Positions 52,429 through 60,876 of a DNA stretch of 64,000 bases are shown here, one piece after another. Source of the stretch: a virus (taxonomy: Duplodnaviria > Caudoviricetes). Position numbers and translations under genes: made by a program. The DNA lies in IMG/VR virus record IMGVR_UViG_3300009873_000008, positions 1-64,000 of that record, one strand, 5' to 3'. The notes under the pieces are model-generated. The model did no database searches, was not told where the DNA came from, and was given only the letters and a program-made list of their open reading frames with translations. Positions within the stretch are counted from its first letter, which is position 1; each line of letters starts with the position of its first letter.

Positions 52429-53202
52429 CTACGGAATCACGAGTCCATCGAACTCGATCGGCCGAACTTCGTGCTTGACACGACTCACGCAGCAATCGCA
52501 GGGCATGAGCGTGGCGACCTTCTCCGCGTCGTCTTCGGTAGCGTAGGGCCACGGCTGTGATCCACCGCCCGGACAGTGAACGAGCCACCCGCGCTCGGGC
52601 AGCTTCCCGGTCTGCGCCCACAGGAGGGTTGCGACGGCCAGCTGCTTGGCCTTCTCCATCAGATCCTCGGGCGTACCCGTGTTCATCACCACGAAGTCGA
52701 AGTCGTCGTTGGGCATCGCAGCGATCCGAGACTCGCTGACGTGATCCGTGTTGACCGGAACATCGGGCCGGCGAACGACCACGAACACGACGAGCGCTCG
52801 ATCTCCGACGCGTTCCTTCAGCGCCATCATCTCTTCGGTTGGATGACGCCCGTCCGACACGATGGAAACCTTCGCACCGCTGGCCAGAAACCGCTCGGCC
52901 AGGCGGTCCATCCACACCGTGAGCCCGATGGCCTGGCGCGCGCCTTCGCCTTCGTCTTGCATCAGACGCCGGGCCGTCTTGCCGTAGGCGCCGTACTTGG
53001 GGTCCTCCTTGACTTCCTTGGGCCCGTTCAGGACCCACATCGGAATTCCCGTCTTGAGGTGGACGCACTGCTTGAGCGGAACCGCGAACGCATCTCTCTC
53101 CGAGCCAGGGATGTGGGTCTGGATCGAGTCGGCGAGCGTGTCCTTTCCGTGGCCGGCGTTGCCGCAGACGACGATCAGAACTCTTGCGTGATTCCGTGCC
53201 AT
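52429..53202 (-). CDS. Deoxynucleoside monophosphate kinase-like protein
   Basis: CGNAGHGKDT P-loop, AFA.PLK, R.LMQ..G, SDGR, H.SE, N.GT.EDL. Confidence 0.85.
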   Translation of the reverse strand: MARNHARVLIVVCGNAGHGKDTLADSIQTHIPGSERDAFAVPLKQCVHLKTGIPMWVLNGPKEVKEDPKYGAYGKTARRLMQDEGEGARQAIGLTVWMDRLAERFLASGAKVSIVSDGRHPTEEMMALKERVGDRALVVFVVVRRPDVPVNTDHVSESRIAAMPNDDFDFVVMNTGTPEDLMEKAKQLAVATLLWAQTGKLPERGWLVHCPGGGSQPWPYATEDDAEKVATLMPCDCCVSRVKHEVRPIEFDGLVIP

Positions 53203-53206
53203 CGGT

Positions 53207-53416
53207 TTAGTTCCCCCGTGCCGGGCGCACCCGGCCGCACACGCGCGTCTCGACGCGGAACATCTTGTAGGGAGACTCGACCGCGGCGCCGGACCGCAGG
53301 TAGACGATCAACAAGCGGAGCCGTTCGTCGTAGCCCACAGTGACGAGCCGGTCGCCCAGTCGCTCGGTAAGGTCGTCGTGCAGGCTAGCCGCTGCCCGCT
53401 CGATCTTGCTGGACAT
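53207..53416 (-). CDS. Small hypothetical protein
   Basis: GGGGAG RBS before ATG 53416. Confidence 0.55.
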   Translation of the reverse strand: MSSKIERAAASLHDDLTERLGDRLVTVGYDERLRLLIVYLRSGAAVESPYKMFRVETRVCGRVRPARGN

Positions 53417-53482
53417 CCGACGATCTCCCCTGGTCTTGCCACGCAGCAAGTTTGGCGTCGCGAGACTCTTCTACCCGCGAGT

Positions 53483-54055
53483 TCAGTCGCGCAGCGTACG
53501 CAGAGGACGACGGGGCGGAGATCCAGACTCCTGGGCCAGTTGGCGCAATCGATCTCTCGTCCGCGCCCGTTCCACGGCGAGGCGCTTGAGCTTCTCGACG
53601 CGCTTGGGGGTCGTAACCGTACCGGTCATGTAGACCTGGGCCGGCATGCGACTGCCGACGCTGCGGTTGCCGAAGGTGCCCGCCTTGGGCGCCGTCTCGA
53701 CGAGTCCGACGAGCCTCTCGCGCAGGTGAGTGATGCCTTCCTGCAAGCCTCCGAGTTGCTCGACTTCGTCAGGCGTCAGGAAGTCGAAGACGTTGTGCGT
53801 CTCCACGACTCCGTCGATTTCCAGTTGGAAGTCCCCGTAGTCGTCTTGCTCGAACAGCAGCGTCGAGCCCTGTTCGGTGATCGTCAGTCCGGTCTGGAGA
53901 GTGTAGGAGGCGAGATCCTGCCGCTGAAGCTCGACGAACACGGCCAGCGTTTCGGTCAGCGACCGACCGAGGGCGGATGCTGCGTCCTCAGCGCGAAGGA
54001 GCTTCCCACCGGCGCGGTTGACGAGCTTCAGCAGCCGCATCTCATCGTCGGTCAC
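53483..54055 (-). CDS. Winged-helix-like hypothetical protein
   Basis: GTGA coupling; LLKLV...A..LGRS...V..L...L...ITEQG. Confidence 0.55.
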   Translation of the reverse strand: MTDDEMRLLKLVNRAGGKLLRAEDAASALGRSLTETLAVFVELQRQDLASYTLQTGLTITEQGSTLLFEQDDYGDFQLEIDGVVETHNVFDFLTPDEVEQLGGLQEGITHLRERLVGLVETAPKAGTFGNRSVGSRMPAQVYMTGTVTTPKRVEKLKRLAVERARTRDRLRQLAQESGSPPRRPLRTLRD

Positions 54056-54420
54056 AGCGACTCCCGTGCGACCTCGATGATCTCCTCCAGGAACTCGATG
54101 GCCGACTCCTGCAACCGCTCCAGCGGGACGTTGGCGTCGTGAGAGAGCGCGGAGATTGCGAGCATGTAGGTCTCGCCGATGGTGCGCGCTCCGTCCGATT
54201 CGTCGAGACGAGAAGTCACGTAGTCGAATGCCGCTCGCGCGAGGGTGCGCGAGAGCTTGATCGACTCGTCCACCTCTGGCACCGCGGGCGCGGATGATGG
54301 CGCACACGGAGCGCACTTGGCCTCTTCGCTCTCAATGGCCTGCGGAGCCGGTCTCGTCTTGACCGAAACCGTGCCCAGAAAGGCATCGAGATCAGAGGCG
54401 ATCGACTTCAGGTTGCTCAC
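54052..54420 (-). CDS. Hypothetical protein
   Basis: 122 aa, co-oriented. Confidence 0.55.
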   Translation of the reverse strand: MSNLKSIASDLDAFLGTVSVKTRPAPQAIESEEAKCAPCAPSSAPAVPEVDESIKLSRTLARAAFDYVTSRLDESDGARTIGETYMLAISALSHDANVPLERLQESAIEFLEEIIEVARESL

Positions 54421-54429
54421 GGCCGGGGC

Positions 54430-55695
54430 CTACTCCCCGCGAACGTCGATCTCTTCGCGTCCGTCGGCGTCGTAGCCGTCACCGTTCACGCCGGCCGTCG
54501 AGTTGGTCGCCGCGTCCATGGCCTCCTTGTCGGAGGGGATCGAGGCACCCTCGCCGTCGTAGCGCTTGCTCTTCCCGGCGGGCGGCTTGCGGAAGCGGCT
54601 CTTCGAGGAGATCTGCTTGCCGCCGGGAGTGGCGCGGTTCACGGCGGGAGCCGACTTGTTCTCCTCCTGGAGATCGCGACGCGCCGAGACCGACTTCATG
54701 AAGCCGATGCGGTCGGCCATCATCTCCTCGGCGAAGAGCACGTCGTCCGAGTCGGTCCGACCCCAGTGGGACTCGGCACGGACGTCGACCTTCTCGCGCC
54801 CGGATCCGTTGTAGCCGGGGCCCGAGACACCCGCGGTGGAGTTGGTCGCCGCGGCCATGGCCTCCTTGTCGCCCGGGACGGAGGCGGACTTGCCGTCGTA
54901 GCGCTTGTTCGCGCCGCCGTTGCCGAAGTTCGACTTCGACGAGATCTGCTTGCCACCCGGCGTGGCGCGGCTCACGGCCGGGGCGGGGATGTTGGCCTCG
55001 TCGAGCGAACGGAAGCGCGCGATGGCTTCGCCGAGACCCGACGTCGAGCGGAAGCGAGAGATGGCGTTGCCGAGGTTCATGGTGGTCTCCGTGTGTTCTT
55101 TGATCCCGGTCCCGAGGACGTTGTCGCGCACGACCTTGCCGACCGAGTCAGCGTAGATGCCGTCGACTTCCTTGTCGACTTTCCACTTCGATCCGCGAAT
55201 GCGACCGAAAGTCAACGTGTAGGTATCGTTGGGCGCGAGGCGCACCATGACGCGGCCCTTCCAGTGGCCACGCGCGTCGAACTGGACTCCCGGTCCGGTA
55301 GCCCTGGAGTCGATGACCTTGGTACCGGCGCTCACTGCGAGGATGTTCTTGAGTCCCATCGCCAGGTAGTCGATCGCGCCCAGCCCGTGCTTGATCTGCT
55401 TCATGATCGTGCTGGCCACGCTAACGGCGTGGGACCCCGATCCAGACGGCTTGGACTTGGACGAAGACGAAGCAGACTTGGCGTGCTGGAACTTCTCCTT
55501 CCACTTCGCCGTCGCTGCGGCAAGACGCTGCTTGATGTCATCCGTTTCGAGCATCGACTTGCCGACATCCCTCGCCGTCTTGGGGTCCATCACCCGCAAG
55601 CACGCCTTCAGGCGGCCAGCGCGGGTTGGCTTGGATCCCTTGACGACCTTCTTGCGGATCTCCCCGATCAGAGTGTCGATGTCTTTGCACTCCAC
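54430..55695 (-). CDS. Putative capsid-internal polyprotein with two ~75-aa repeats
   Basis: GGAG RBS; internal GGAG-N6-ATG at 55080; FRSLDE|A and LQEE|N each precede a copy of APAVxRATPGGKQISSKS...KRYDG...DKEAMxAATNSTAGV...GRExxDVRxE. Confidence 0.7.
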   Translation of the reverse strand: MECKDIDTLIGEIRKKVVKGSKPTRAGRLKACLRVMDPKTARDVGKSMLETDDIKQRLAAATAKWKEKFQHAKSASSSSKSKPSGSGSHAVSVASTIMKQIKHGLGAIDYLAMGLKNILAVSAGTKVIDSRATGPGVQFDARGHWKGRVMVRLAPNDTYTLTFGRIRGSKWKVDKEVDGIYADSVGKVVRDNVLGTGIKEHTETTMNLGNAISRFRSTSGLGEAIARFRSLDEANIPAPAVSRATPGGKQISSKSNFGNGGANKRYDGKSASVPGDKEAMAAATNSTAGVSGPGYNGSGREKVDVRAESHWGRTDSDDVLFAEEMMADRIGFMKSVSARRDLQEENKSAPAVNRATPGGKQISSKSRFRKPPAGKSKRYDGEGASIPSDKEAMDAATNSTAGVNGDGYDADGREEIDVRGE

Positions 55696-55750
55696 CGCGT
55701 CGCTCCGAGCCCTACCATGATACCGAGTTGTCTAGGGCTTGCGGAAGTGT

Positions 55751-56929
55751 CTAGCGGCGCAGCAGGTTGACTCCACCTGTCGCCACCGGAACTTCCCATT
55801 CCTTGTCCCGACACTTCGGATCGTATTCCTTGCACTTGGACGCAGCCTGCTTGCGCATCCGCTCCTTGCGCTGCTTCTCGATGACCTGGAGGCCGCGGCG
55901 CCCGAAGAACGGGTTACCCCGGTCAGTTCTCGATCCGACGTTGGCCGTGGTGGTCGCCTCGACCACATGGACGACCTTCCCGTGCTTCTGCGGACGGCTG
56001 GTCACGTACTTTCGTCCGTAGCCGTAATCCACGATGTAGAAGGGCTTTCCGGTCATCTTCCGCATGGCAACAGCCTGCTTGAAGAGCGCCTCGTCGTGCT
56101 CGGGAGTACCTGGCTTCGCGGCAATCTTGAACAGCGGCGCCTCGGTGTCCTTGGACGCCGACTTCTTCCGCCGCTTCGCGATGACCGGCGGCGACTTTGG
56201 CGCCGAGGTGCTCGACCGGAACAGGTCCGACCACGACTTCGAGAGCTTGGCGCTCGAAGACGATGCCACTCGGGACAGCAAGCCGAACGGCGTCTGGAGC
56301 AAGTTGGACGCGAGCGCTCCGGCGGACGTCGCCTCGTCCAAGCTGCGGAAGATCGCGACTGCCTCAGTGAGCTTGTAGTCCGGCTTGTTCAGACCGAGGG
56401 GGTCTTGCGCGAAGACTTGTCGCGAGTCCGGCGGCCGGTGCTTGAACAACGGATGCTTGACCCAGTTCGTGCCACCGATCCACGTGGGAAGCTCCCACTC
56501 CAGGTCACGGCATTCTGGGCTGTAGACCCCGTGGCACGGCTGATGCGGGCGCTCGTGACGAGTCTGAGTCCGATCACCAGAGGTGAGGTTGGCGCGAAAC
56601 CGGGGAAAGAACTTCTTCTTGGACCCGCCAGTGGGTACTGGGATTGGCGTGACGTCCCTGACCTCCGGGTTGACGTCGCGAGAGAACGTCGCCTCGCTCA
56701 ACGCGCCGAGAGCCGTGAGCACAGCGGTCTTGGCCAGAGGCCGCGACGATCGCTTCCGACCAGTGTACTTCGGGACTCCGAAGACCATCTCCCAGCCATC
56801 GGGCAACCGCCCGTGGCGAGCGAGATAGTGGAGCGCAAAGTTAGCGGGCTCCCTGGCCTTCCCGGGGAGTGAGCGGAACTTCTCGACTCCCGCCTTGAGG
56901 GTCAGTGAGCCCGCCTTGGTGCGCCGCGC
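55751..56929 (-). CDS. Putative capsid-internal protein; probable readthrough continuation of 56930..58207
   Basis: Frame is open from 56929 (right after the TAG of the upstream ORF) to 55751; no good ATG/RBS; contains LTEAVAIFRSLDE. Confidence 0.55.
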   Translation of the reverse strand, partial: ARRTKAGSLTLKAGVEKFRSLPGKAREPANFALHYLARHGRLPDGWEMVFGVPKYTGRKRSSRPLAKTAVLTALGALSEATFSRDVNPEVRDVTPIPVPTGGSKKKFFPRFRANLTSGDRTQTRHERPHQPCHGVYSPECRDLEWELPTWIGGTNWVKHPLFKHRPPDSRQVFAQDPLGLNKPDYKLTEAVAIFRSLDEATSAGALASNLLQTPFGLLSRVASSSSAKLSKSWSDLFRSSTSAPKSPPVIAKRRKKSASKDTEAPLFKIAAKPGTPEHDEALFKQAVAMRKMTGKPFYIVDYGYGRKYVTSRPQKHGKVVHVVEATTTANVGSRTDRGNPFFGRRGLQVIEKQRKERMRKQAASKCKEYDPKCRDKEWEVPVATGGVNLLRR

Positions 56930-58207
56930 CTACTTCGACCGCTGCTTCTTGATCGACTTGGAGATCCACGACCCTTCGGTCTCCGTGCTCTCCGTCCGGC
57001 CCTTGGTCTTCACACCGCGGCGCCGCTCGTGTGCTGCCTGCCGGTGGACCTCGTCCCAGTTGGTGGGTCCGCCGAGGTTCTTGGTCGGCTTCTGCATCCG
57101 GCGCTGTTGCGCGGCGTGCAGCTTCGCCCCGGCGCGCGCCTTGGTGGCCGGCGATGCGCTCTTCGACATGAACTGACGGTGGGCGTGACCGACCGCCTCA
57201 CCGACGTTCTCGCTCTCGGCAGTGCCGTGGCTGCCGGGATGGAACTGGCCGGGCTCGTACTCCCCGGGCGAGCGGAGCTTGCCCTTCTTGCCGGGGAGCT
57301 TCTCGCCCTTCGGCTGGGCCATCTTCGTGCTCGTGGGATCCTTGTCAGCCTCGCTGGCCTCCTCGGACTCTCGCGCGAGCTTGGCCATGTCCTCGATGGT
57401 GACGGCCTGCTTGGCGAACGGGTTGATCCCGATGCGCGGCCCGAGCGCCATCGCACGCTCCTGCTCCAGGCGGTCCTCCTCGGGCTCCTTGCGGACGGCC
57501 GTGGTCAGGACCGGCGAGGGCCTGTACATCGCCTGGTTCTGGCTCAGGCTCATCAGCGCGCCGAGGTTGTTGGACACGGTCGCTTCGGTCTTGACGTGCT
57601 CCTTCACCTTGGCGTCGGCGTGCTCCATGGCGTCGATCACAGCCTGGCTGGCGCCGCGGATGGTGGCGCCCTCGCCCATCAGCCCCTTGACCGCGTTCAG
57701 GTCGCCAGCCTTGAGCGCGTGCAGGGCCTTGATGTAGCCGGGCTTGTCCTTGTCCTCCTTGACCTTGCGGAGGATCTCGCCCGCACCCGACTGAACCAGC
57801 TGCTTGACCGACTCCGCGACGATTCGGTCGGTCAGCGCCTCGTTGATCGTCTCCATGCCCTCGATGTGCTCGATCGCGATGTTGAGCACGTCTCCGGCGA
57901 TGAACTGCTTGATGGCCTTCGCGTCGTCGCCGGAGAACCCGTACTGGCGCAGATCGGGCACGCGACCGAGACGCATCGCTGCCTCGGCGATGCCGAGCAC
58001 CGCGTTGGCGTTGAGTTGCCTGGATTCGGCGAACTTCTCGATGTCCTGCGTGCGCGACTTGAGCACCATCTCGCGCGTCGCGGGCGACATCAGCGAGGCA
58101 TGGCGGTTGAACCCGCTGACCGGCGCCTCCAGCGGCGAGTCCTCGACCAGGGCGCGCCCGCGCTGGGGGCCCTTGGTCATCGCGATCATCTGCTCCATCG
58201 GCGTCAT
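56930..58207 (-). CDS. Putative capsid-internal protein
   Basis: 425 aa, charged, several LxE/MxE sites, K/R-rich C-terminus. Confidence 0.65.
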   Translation of the reverse strand: MTPMEQMIAMTKGPQRGRALVEDSPLEAPVSGFNRHASLMSPATREMVLKSRTQDIEKFAESRQLNANAVLGIAEAAMRLGRVPDLRQYGFSGDDAKAIKQFIAGDVLNIAIEHIEGMETINEALTDRIVAESVKQLVQSGAGEILRKVKEDKDKPGYIKALHALKAGDLNAVKGLMGEGATIRGASQAVIDAMEHADAKVKEHVKTEATVSNNLGALMSLSQNQAMYRPSPVLTTAVRKEPEEDRLEQERAMALGPRIGINPFAKQAVTIEDMAKLARESEEASEADKDPTSTKMAQPKGEKLPGKKGKLRSPGEYEPGQFHPGSHGTAESENVGEAVGHAHRQFMSKSASPATKARAGAKLHAAQQRRMQKPTKNLGGPTNWDEVHRQAAHERRRGVKTKGRTESTETEGSWISKSIKKQRSK

Positions 58208-58221
58208 GTCTGGCCTCGTGT

Positions 58222-58566
58222 TCAGTCCGGCGGGTTCAAGAAGATGATACGCCGAAACATGATCTCTGGTCCAACACTAGCTAGGCCGTGGTAGCCCAAC
58301 AGGCGATGACCAGTGGTTCGGAAACGGAAGACGATCCGACCGTACGTCGGTGGCCGCTTCCGCAGATTGGGCGGCCGGATCACGGAGAACTGCCAGTTTT
58401 CGACGTCCGGCAGTGCGTCCTTGATCGTCAGACCGATCAGATCCTCCGGCTTGATGAAGACGTACGGATCGCGTTGCTGCCACTCGACCGACATACCGTA
58501 CGGATAGAGCGGCGGACACTCCACCGCCACAGTTCCGAACGGATAGTTGTCGAAGAGGTAGCCCAC
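58222..58566 (-). CDS. Hypothetical protein
   Basis: 114 aa, GGGAGG upstream. Confidence 0.55.
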   Translation of the reverse strand: MGYLFDNYPFGTVAVECPPLYPYGMSVEWQQRDPYVFIKPEDLIGLTIKDALPDVENWQFSVIRPPNLRKRPPTYGRIVFRFRTTGHRLLGYHGLASVGPEIMFRRIIFLNPPD

Positions 58567-58574
58567 GTTCCTCC

Positions 58575-59321
58575 CTAGAGGCGGTTGGCGATCTCCGTCA
58601 TCTGCGTGAGCGTAGCGTCCAGCCCGGCGCAGCGCTTGGCGCAGTCGGCGGCGTCGCCCTTGGCTGCCGCTTCCTTGCAGAGACCGACGTCCTTGACGAG
58701 GGTCTCCAGCAGCCCGCGCAGCTTCACACCGTCCGCCGGATCGTGATCCTCGACCAGTCCGGCAGCGAGATCGAAGCGGGACTCGACCTTGTCGGCGGCC
58801 GACCAGCCTCCCGGTGGGGCGTTCTTGTCGTTCGCCTTCTTGATCGCTTGGGAGAGCTTGGTCTTGCCGACCTTGCGGACCTTGCCGAAGACCATCTTCT
58901 CGTCAGGCTTGAGGTGGCCGACCGGACCGGCGCCGACGGACTGCGAGTAGTAGTCCTTCAGCAACTCGCGTCCCTTGGCTTCCTTCTCCTTGGTCCATCC
59001 GACGGCGCCGCGGTGCGACCTCTTGGCCTCATCGACGGTGGCGACGTCGAGTCCTCCCAGGGAGTCGAACGAGACGCGCTCGCCTTCGCCTTCGTGACGA
59101 GTGGTGTACCACCCGCGCGCACCCGCTGGTGCGCGATGGGAGCGCCTCGCGTGGAGCTTGTCGGTGGCAGACGACGACGTCGCCACCGCAGACCGACGCT
59201 CTGGGCGCCCGGCCGGTCCCTTCGGCGCGCGATCGAACTTCTTGTTCATCGCACGAACGACACGCATGGTGCGCTGCTCACCACGGCTGCCCTCGTCGAT
59301 GAGATCGTCGAAGCGACCCAT
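58575..59321 (-). CDS. Putative capsid-internal protein
   Basis: N-terminus MGRFDDLIDE|G followed by a basic region. Confidence 0.6.
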   Translation of the reverse strand: MGRFDDLIDEGSRGEQRTMRVVRAMNKKFDRAPKGPAGRPERRSAVATSSSATDKLHARRSHRAPAGARGWYTTRHEGEGERVSFDSLGGLDVATVDEAKRSHRGAVGWTKEKEAKGRELLKDYYSQSVGAGPVGHLKPDEKMVFGKVRKVGKTKLSQAIKKANDKNAPPGGWSAADKVESRFDLAAGLVEDHDPADGVKLRGLLETLVKDVGLCKEAAAKGDAADCAKRCAGLDATLTQMTEIANRL

Positions 59322-59326
59322 CGGGC

Positions 59327-59584
59327 CTACTCCGAATCCGACTGGTACGGCTTCTGGGTCCGCAGCGCGGCGGCCGAGACCCGACCGTTCATCCAGTCGG
59401 CACCCATCTCCGGCTTGGGCGCCTTGTCGTAGTACGAGTTGTTCGGGTTGCCGCTCTTGCGCTCCGCCGGGCGCTCACCGCGCGCGAGCGAACCGTTCGC
59501 CTTGTCCTGCTCCAGGGTGAGCAGCGGCCGGCGGGTGAGTGGCAGACCTCCTCCGAGACCGGCGATCTGATCGAACATGCTCAT
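59327..59584 (-). CDS. Small hypothetical protein, possibly capsid-internal
   Basis: AGGAG RBS; LLTLE|Q. Confidence 0.6.
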   Translation of the reverse strand: MSMFDQIAGLGGGLPLTRRPLLTLEQDKANGSLARGERPAERKSGNPNNSYYDKAPKPEMGADWMNGRVSAAALRTQKPYQSDSE

Positions 59585-59608
59585 GGCGTCTCTCCTGTGC
59601 TTCCGACC

Positions 59609-59971
59609 TTAGCTCGGGTCGGTGGCGAACTGCTTGAAGTAGGCATCGAACTCACCTGGCGAGCAGATCGCGATGAAGATCGATCCGCTGGTCGGCTGGA
59701 TCTTGCTGACCAGGTGCAGTGGGTTGGTCCCGTCGGTGATGTTGGACCGCACGATCCCGCCGGTCGGGATCGTGAGCGTGGTCCAGGGCGAGGCCGCCTC
59801 GACGGCTTCGCGATCGGCCGCAGCGCGGATCGGCACCACGGCGGCCTTGTGCGCGCCGATGAACACGACCGGCTGGATCGCCAGTTGGTTGCGGTGGACG
59901 ATGATGAGTTCGTCGTTGGCCGTCACGAGCGGCCAGTTGTCGAACTTGACGTGGAAGTCGGTGAGGTGCAT
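59609..59971 (-). CDS. Hypothetical beta-rich virion-region protein
   Basis: AAGGA RBS, 120 aa. Confidence 0.65.
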   Translation of the reverse strand: MHLTDFHVKFDNWPLVTANDELIIVHRNQLAIQPVVFIGAHKAAVVPIRAAADREAVEAASPWTTLTIPTGGIVRSNITDGTNPLHLVSKIQPTSGSIFIAICSPGEFDAYFKQFATDPS

Positions 59972-59980
59972 TGGCCGTCC

Positions 59981-60427
59981 TTACGCGCTCGCTGCCTTCT
60001 TGGCCTTGCCGGCGGTCTTGGTCTTCAGACCGCGGCGCTTGGGCATCTTGATGACCTTGGCCTTCGGCTTCCCCGCCGCTTGCTTCGCCGCCCGACACTG
60101 ACCGAAGACCATCTTGAAGCCCGGCTTGCATCCCTTGGCCTTGGCCTTGGCCGCCTGGGGAGCCCTGGCCTTGACCTGCTTGGGACGCGGCGCCTGCGGA
60201 GACAGACGCTTCTTCGCCTGCTTGGAGCGCGGAGCGGGTGACTGCGCCGGACCGCGCGAGATCAGCCGTCCGGTCTGGTGCCAGTCGCGCTTGATGAACT
60301 CCTTCGCGCGATGGGCAAGGTGTCCGACCTTGCGGGCCGCGCTCTTTACACGACCCCACAGACCCTCGTCGAGCAGATGCTCGTCGAGCGCGCGGAACTC
60401 GTTGATCGCTTCCTGGAGTGGCGTCAT
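59981..60427 (-). CDS. Putative capsid-internal basic protein
   Basis: MTPLQEAINEFRALDEHLLDE|G followed by an extremely K/A-rich region. Confidence 0.7.
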   Translation of the reverse strand: MTPLQEAINEFRALDEHLLDEGLWGRVKSAARKVGHLAHRAKEFIKRDWHQTGRLISRGPAQSPAPRSKQAKKRLSPQAPRPKQVKARAPQAAKAKAKGCKPGFKMVFGQCRAAKQAAGKPKAKVIKMPKRRGLKTKTAGKAKKAASA

Positions 60428-60430
60428 GAT

Positions 60431-60790
60431 TCAGTTACCGCTGACGATCGCGTTGACCTCGGTCTCGTTGGCGCCCGTCGACACGTAGAGCGCCGTGATC
60501 CCGGTGTTGCTGGGGAGGAAGCCGGTTCCGGGTCCGAACGGGAAACCGATGTCGGCGAGGTTGTTGATCTTCAGCGTCACCTCCTGCGAGGTGGTCAGCG
60601 TGATGCGCTTGGCCTGCGCCACGCCGCCGAAGGGAAGCGACACGTCCACCTGCATGGCCGCGATCTTCATCGGGAAGACCTGAGTCACCTCCTCGACGGA
60701 GACCTCTTCCTTGATGATCGACTGGCCCTCGACGGTCTGGGCCGCGTTGAGCACCCGAACGCTCGACTCCACCTTGATTGTCTTCGCCAC
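60431..60790 (-). CDS. Hypothetical beta-rich virion-region protein
   Basis: AGGAG RBS; TAGAAT upstream. Confidence 0.7.
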   Translation of the reverse strand: MAKTIKVESSVRVLNAAQTVEGQSIIKEEVSVEEVTQVFPMKIAAMQVDVSLPFGGVAQAKRITLTTSQEVTLKINNLADIGFPFGPGTGFLPSNTGITALYVSTGANETEVNAIVSGN

Positions 60791-60876
60791 GGTGCGCTCC
60801 TGGTCAGTGTGGGACTTGGCTGGATTCTACAAGCACAAGGGTCGCCCCTGCCATGCTTGGCCAGCGGACCGGCTGT

